DNA of 64,000 nucleotides from an uncultured Actinomycetota bacterium (GTDB lineage Bacteria; Actinomycetota; Actinomycetes; JAFAQI01): NCBI GenBank assembly GCA_963770565.1, contig CAVYQE010000011.1, positions 736,001 to 800,000 of the forward strand, read 5' to 3'. Shown piece by piece: positions 59,462 to 64,000 of this stretch (position 1 is its first letter; each line of letters starts with the position of its first letter). The notes under the pieces were generated by a model. It saw only the letters and a program-made list of their open reading frames with translations, ran no database searches and was not told where the DNA came from. The position numbers and the translations under genes were made by a program.

Positions 59462-61591
59462 TCACCATTGGTCCGCCGGCACGTGGTCCGGGCGCGGCGG
59501 CGCGGTGTAGGCGCCGGCGAATGTGTCGCGTAGCGCGCGGTGCGTGTCCGCGACGATCGGCCAGACGAGTTCGTGGACCTCGGGCGTCCACCGCTGCTCG
59601 TTCAGGCTCGGGATCGCGTGGAAGTGCACCTGGCCGTCGACCAGCTCGGCCACCGTCGGGCGCGGCTGGCCGGTGATCGCGGCGTGACTCAACGCGAACT
59701 GGGTCGCATCGAACCCCTCCGCGTCGAGCCCCAGGCCGCCGAGGGCGTCGTGGATGCCGGCCAAGACGTCGACTGGGTCTGCTGTAAGCGCGTCATACCC
59801 GACGACGATCGTGCGGTCCACCGGAAGCTGCTCGATGCATGCGTTGAGGGTCACCCACAACCGAGCGGCCGTTTCGAGGCTCCCACCTGCCCAGCCGAAT
59901 TGGCTCAGGCTGAGTACGGCGCCAGAGTAGTGCCGTAGCATCAGCACGAACAGCGCATCCGGCACAGACGTGGCGATCTGGGCCGCGATCTCCAGGTTCC
60001 ACGGCGTGGCGTCGCAGTACCACGCAGAGCCTTGCGTGCGAGCGGCTCGGCTCGCGTGCTCGGCGGCCAGCTCGCGCAGGCTCGCGGTGAAGCGGTCGTG
60101 CTCACGCCCGGGCAACCGACCCAGGTACGCGGGCACCACAGAGTGCGCGACATAGAACCCGCCGTACTCGGCCAACCCGAGCACTGCCGGGTGCGAGCCG
60201 AGGTAGTTGCCCATCATCGTCGTGCCCGATCGAGGGGCACCGAGGACGAACAACGCACGTGCCGGCGCGCTGTCCGGCAGCGCGGGGCTCAGCGCAGGAA
60301 GATCGTCGCGGAACAGCCGATCCAGCCATGCCCTGACCCGCAGCTGCACCATCTCGACCGGGACGGGAAGCAGGTCGTCGACACAGGCCTCGAGCACCTC
60401 GCCGGTGGACGCCACGATCTGCGACCACCGTGGGGAGCTCGGATCGGACGCCGTGTGGAACACGACGTCGAGGTGCTGATGGCCCATGTCGTCAATCAGG
60501 GCCGCCCGCACCCCCACCCGAAGGGCCGAGTCGTGCGCAACCGTGGTCACCGCCACACGGTGATCAGGTAACCGCGCAGTGAGCACCTCGCGGAGCTGGA
60601 CCGTGACAAGATCCAGCAGCGTGCGCCCGGCACTCGCCACTGACGCCGCCGCCGGGCGCGCGGGCCCGGCGCGCGATGCGCCGCATCGCAGGAGGTTTGC
60701 AGCCAGGTCCATCGTGTTGATCTGCGCGCTCAGGAACAGGTCGATCATCGCCTGCGGATCACCCTCGTCACCGCGATGCAGCGCGCTCAGGTACGCCGGC
60801 CATTGATCGACGAGGAGCAGCTGCGGCAACCCGGTCGCGCGCAGGAAAGGGACCGATGCGAGTGTCCGAGCGAGCCGGCCGTTGCCGTCCGAGAACGGGT
60901 GAATGTGGGTCAGCGTCGCGTGGAGATAGGCGCCCTGCACGACCGGATGTAGTGCGTCGAACTCGGCGGTGGCGAGCTGGGCCGTGAACCGCCTCATCTG
61001 GTCGCCCACCCCGGCGGCGGGCGCGAACGGCATCAACTCGCCGTTGGTCTTGCGCAGGTAGTTCGACACCGGCTTGTACTGCCGGCGCGGCAGGTCCACC
61101 TCGAGCTTCGTGCCGTCCTCGACGGTGACGGTGTACGTCTGCTGCGCCTCGACGATCATGTCCTGCAGCAGCGCGATCAGGTGCTCGTCGACCACTCGCT
61201 CGGCTGCTGCGGCATCGGCAGCGACGACGAGCGCCCGCCGGTGGCACTCGACGACGAGGTCCGTCGACTCAGCCAGCGTCCACCACGCCTCATCGCTGAG
61301 CGAGTCACGCAGCACCACCGCCGTGACGTCCGGCATCGGCCGCACGAGCTCGCTGATCGCGCTCGAGTCCAACGCAGCGGCGCGGAGGAACCGTTCGCGC
61401 AACTCGTTCCAGGTGTCGGAATCGACGGCCTGCACGGCGGCGCGGAGGGCGGCCGCGTGTCCCTGCCACCGCCCGGAGTCGAAGTCGAGGCCGGCCCAGG
61501 TGGCCACGGGTTCGAACGGGCGGTAACTCGCGTCGAGTGCCTCGACCTCGGCCGCGGTCCGCGGGGTTCGCCTCATGCGCCATTGCACCAC
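59462..61591 (-). CDS. Fic (AMPylase) domain - PAPS-dependent sulfotransferase fusion protein
   Basis: HPFSDGNGRLAR; FVLGAPRSGTT..YLGSHP; DATPWN; LMLRHYSGAVLS; YDALTADP; all in one uninterrupted 709-aa ORF. Confidence 0.85.
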   Translation of the reverse strand: MVQWRMRRTPRTAAEVEALDASYRPFEPVATWAGLDFDSGRWQGHAAALRAAVQAVDSDTWNELRERFLRAAALDSSAISELVRPMPDVTAVVLRDSLSDEAWWTLAESTDLVVECHRRALVVAADAAAAERVVDEHLIALLQDMIVEAQQTYTVTVEDGTKLEVDLPRRQYKPVSNYLRKTNGELMPFAPAAGVGDQMRRFTAQLATAEFDALHPVVQGAYLHATLTHIHPFSDGNGRLARTLASVPFLRATGLPQLLLVDQWPAYLSALHRGDEGDPQAMIDLFLSAQINTMDLAANLLRCGASRAGPARPAAASVASAGRTLLDLVTVQLREVLTARLPDHRVAVTTVAHDSALRVGVRAALIDDMGHQHLDVVFHTASDPSSPRWSQIVASTGEVLEACVDDLLPVPVEMVQLRVRAWLDRLFRDDLPALSPALPDSAPARALFVLGAPRSGTTMMGNYLGSHPAVLGLAEYGGFYVAHSVVPAYLGRLPGREHDRFTASLRELAAEHASRAARTQGSAWYCDATPWNLEIAAQIATSVPDALFVLMLRHYSGAVLSLSQFGWAGGSLETAARLWVTLNACIEQLPVDRTIVVGYDALTADPVDVLAGIHDALGGLGLDAEGFDATQFALSHAAITGQPRPTVAELVDGQVHFHAIPSLNEQRWTPEVHELVWPIVADTHRALRDTFAGAYTAPPRPDHVPADQW

Positions 61592-61675
61592 CTACGGAGG
61601 TGAGGGAGTGAACGCCGGTCGCTTTGCCGGCTCTCAAGCCCGACGAAGGCCGCTGCGGGTCACCCGCCGTGAGTC

Positions 61676-62153
61676 TGCCTGCTGGGGATGATCGGGCTCC
61701 GCGTATCTGAGGCGTGCGCTGCGAACATCACCGACATCCGTTACGAGTCCGGCTACGAGCTGCTCCACGTGATCGGCAAGGGCGCCAAACCTGCCGACAT
61801 TCCGCTTCCCATCTCGGTGCTACGCGCAGTCCGGGAAGCGACTGATGGCCGTAGCTGCGGCCCTATCCTTCGGGCCCGGACCGGACGTCGGATGGACCGC
61901 GCCGCGGCCAGCCGAGCGCTGACCCGTGTCGTGCGCACTGCCGGTGTCACCCGCCCGATCAGCCCTCACGGGCTGGCGCCGGACGTTCTGCACCACCGGA
62001 CTCGCTGCCGCCATCTCGATCCGCGACATGCAGTACGCGATGTGTCACGCCGACCCGCGCACCACGCTTCGATACGACATGGCCAAAGCGCCCCTCGATC
62101 GCCACGCCGCCCACGCAGTCGCCGCCTACCTCGCCGGGATGAGCACCGGCTGA
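61676..62153 (+). pseudogene. Tyrosine recombinase/integrase catalytic-domain remnant
   Basis: GLRVSEAC, GKG, SPHGL / RRTFCT (frameshift near 61975) and HADPRTTLRYD; the N-terminal domain is missing. Confidence 0.88.
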
Positions 62154-62215
62154 CATTGACGTTCTAGTCGCTACCCATGAGCACGTGAGCGGGGACCTGC
62201 TCGTAGATCGCACTC

Positions 62216-62246
62216 TTGGTTGCTCTGTGGTTGCTCCCAGAAAATT
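62216..62246 (+). repeat. Short copy (E) of the GGTTGCTC-N3-GGTTGCTC doublet
   Basis: TTGGTTGCTCTGTGGTTGCTCCCAGAAAATT, about 60 bp after the recombinase stop. Confidence 0.7.
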
Positions 62247-62429
62247 TCGGGCGGAGCATTTCGGGCAGGGGGACGCTTGCGGGGACTGCGTTTGTGCAGG
62301 TCACAGCGATTCCGGTGCCGCGGTTGGGCCGGTGCGTCAGTATTTCTACATAAGTCAGAACTCGGGCCCGTGAGAACGGCATTTCCGCAGGTCAGAGCCA
62401 TGATCAACGATCATGAAAAACCGGCCTTT

Positions 62430-62612
62430 AGATGTCGTAATACAAGGCGGGTCAACGCTTTCTAACGCCCTGACCTGGGGTTTTGCTCAGCAAATGATCT
62501 TGGGTTGCTCTCTGGTTGTTCTGAGAAAACCGAACGACTGGTACCGACCGGCAACCGTCAGAAGTCTCGAGCAGGTCCCGGCCGGCGGATTCGTACCTAG
62601 GGGAGTGGTCTC
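62430..62612 (+). repeat. Att-like dispersed repeat, copy D (longest)
   Basis: Shares its left part with A/C/F and its right part with B. Internal inverted repeats GGTTTTGCTCAG/CTGAGAAAACC and GACCTG/CAGGTC. Confidence 0.85.
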
Positions 62613-62653
62613 AGACCGGGTCCCCAGGGGTGATCAAAGGTGACGATGAGCGG

Positions 62654-63490
62654 TCAGCTCGATCCTCTGGTACGCGGTCGGTTGGGGTCGCGGGCGAGGA
62701 TGGCGAGGAGTTCGTGTGTTTTGGCTGCAATCGCGTCTGGTGCTTCGTGGTCGGGGGCGAAGTGGCCGAGGCCGGGGAGGATCTCGGCATGGCAGTCGGG
62801 GAGGTGCGCGGTCATGGCCGCGAAGGGAATGCGCGTCAGGCTGGGTGGGCTCTTGCTGCCGCCGAGCAGCTGTACCGGTTGGATGATTCTGGTGTAGGCG
62901 GAGACCCGGTTGTCGCAGGTGCCGACGAGGCGGTGCTCGTCCGAGTTCGCTTCCAGTAGCGGTTCCATGTGGGGCCAGGATCGGCGGGTGACCATGGGGA
63001 GGATGAGGCGGAGGTACCAGGCGGGGAGATGCTGCACGATCGGGGGAGCGCCACCGGATTTCCGCACGAAGTGGGCGAACGCGGCGCGACGTTTGCCGTC
63101 GGCGAGTAAGGCGTTGTAGCGCGGGATCCAGGCGACGGACACGCTGCCGTCGATCGATACCCCAGGTTCGTACAAAACTAGTGGGACGGTGATCCATCCG
63201 CGGGCTGCCGCTTCGAGCGCGACCAGCCCTCCGAAGCTGTGCCCGAAGACGGCGACGGCTTTCACGTCGTCGACGACTTCGCTGAGTTCCCGGCACTCCA
63301 GCTCGATGCCAGCGCCGGGATCCCGTGGCGGGCTGCCACCACGTCCTCGTCGTTGGACGATCACGGACCGCCGCCCGCGGGTTGCCAGAGCGTCACCGAG
63401 CGGCAGGTATTCCTCGGCGGTGGCGAGTGCGCCGCCCACGACGACGATGCCCGGTCCATCTCCTACGGACAGCTGGTGCAGGACGGTCAT
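62654..63490 (-). CDS. Alpha/beta fold hydrolase
   Basis: RRGRGGS, FGHSFGG, LYEP and PGLGHFAP. Confidence 0.9.
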   Translation of the reverse strand: MTVLHQLSVGDGPGIVVVGGALATAEEYLPLGDALATRGRRSVIVQRRGRGGSPPRDPGAGIELECRELSEVVDDVKAVAVFGHSFGGLVALEAAARGWITVPLVLYEPGVSIDGSVSVAWIPRYNALLADGKRRAAFAHFVRKSGGAPPIVQHLPAWYLRLILPMVTRRSWPHMEPLLEANSDEHRLVGTCDNRVSAYTRIIQPVQLLGGSKSPPSLTRIPFAAMTAHLPDCHAEILPGLGHFAPDHEAPDAIAAKTHELLAILARDPNRPRTRGSS

Positions 63491-63918
63491 CGGGTCGCAG
63501 CCGGGTCGAGGTGGGCGAGGATGGCGCGCACCTGATCGTGAAAAGCCGCGTGGTCGACCTGGCTTGCTCGCACGACCGCGTCGAATCGCCCGACCAGGAG
63601 CCGTTTGCCGCGCTTGACGACCGATCTCCCGTCGGGTGTCAGGTCGAGCTTTCGACGATTTCCACCGCCCGGCGTAGCCAGCATCTGCACGAACCCGTCG
63701 GTTTCCAGCCCTCGCACGGTGCGGCTCACGGACGGTTCGGACAGTCCGAGCCAGCAGGCGAGGTCACGCTGGCTCGGACTGTCCAACAGGTCGATCGCAA
63801 AGAGCGCAAGGAACCGTGGATAGGTGACGTCGAGCTGGTCACGCAAGACCCGGTCCGCCGCGAGATCCATTCGCGCGGTGAGCTGATGCAGCGCGAAACT
63901 CAACGGTTCATTCGGCAT
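63487..63918 (-). CDS. MarR family transcriptional regulator
   Basis: SQRDLA..LGLSEPSVSR....L...G and RRKLDLTPDGR; ATGA overlap with the hydrolase gene. Confidence 0.9.
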   Translation of the reverse strand: MPNEPLSFALHQLTARMDLAADRVLRDQLDVTYPRFLALFAIDLLDSPSQRDLACWLGLSEPSVSRTVRGLETDGFVQMLATPGGGNRRKLDLTPDGRSVVKRGKRLLVGRFDAVVRASQVDHAAFHDQVRAILAHLDPAATR

Positions 63919-63924
63919 ATTGTG

Positions 63925-63954
63925 AACGTAACTTACGCATGCAAGTCGTGTCAA
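63925..63954 (-). promoter_or_regulatory. Sigma-70-type promoter with an overlapping MarR operator
   Basis: TTGACA (63954-49), 18-bp spacer, TACGTT (63930-25); imperfect palindrome ACTTACGCATGCAAGT (63931-46) in the spacer. Confidence 0.65.
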
Positions 63955-64000
63955 GCGATGGCTCCACGTCGTGAGACGGCTCACCTCTCCTGCGAAGCGC

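Larger units (their letters stand above)
52259..64000. mobile_element. Accessory/defence island built from repeat-bounded modules (boundaries approximate)
   Basis: Recombinase remnant, repeated att-like sites, two TA systems, a Fic protein and pseudogenes. Confidence 0.65.

Noticed and set aside
62338-62362. Chromosomal dif (XerCD) site
   Set aside because: There is only a loose resemblance (CTACAT..GTCA) and no convincing XerD arm; it is kept only as a possible recombinase core.
52259-62612. Dispersed repeats as a CRISPR array
   Set aside because: The copies are over 100 bp, divergent and kilobases apart with genes between them; no cas genes are present.
39186-62643. Family of small peptides starting MILGCSLVA (ORFs at 39186, 52323, 58264, 62494)
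   Set aside because: Lengths differ widely, there is no RBS, and copy B lacks the ATG. This is best explained as incidental translation of the DNA repeat.
1-64000. tRNA/rRNA genes or IS transposases
   Set aside because: No cloverleaf or rRNA-like segments and no DDE/HUH transposase motifs were recognised.

Overview
High-GC actinobacterial-type DNA with about 55 real genes or gene remnants; no rRNA, tRNA or CRISPR array was seen. From left to right it holds: secreted proteins and c-di-GMP enzymes; a desaturase with a GT4/GH130/GT4/GH15 glycan cluster; a group 3b [NiFe]-hydrogenase operon with DosR-like boxes; an O-acyltransferase; a divergent fatty-acid alpha-dioxygenase/lipoxygenase pair; a large ATP-binding LuxR (LAL) regulator with three exported proteins; and a xylose/xylitol cluster. 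From about 52 kb it is an accessory island: an AbiEi-like gene, a nucleotidyltransferase with a nonsense codon, a primase-like SF2 helicase, VapBC, a Tat beta-solenoid protein, a Fic-sulfotransferase fusion, a broken tyrosine recombinase and a MarR-hydrolase pair. Three things stand out. (1) A ~110-180 bp non-coding att-like repeat occurs in 5-6 same-orientation copies, four of them just 3' of a gene module, giving a cassette-array-like layout around the recombinase remnant. (2) The alpha-DOX + LOX pair looks like an oxylipin locus. (3) The Fic-sulfotransferase fusion is an unusual domain pairing. All calls are by motif recognition by eye; no searches were run, and many start codons are estimates.
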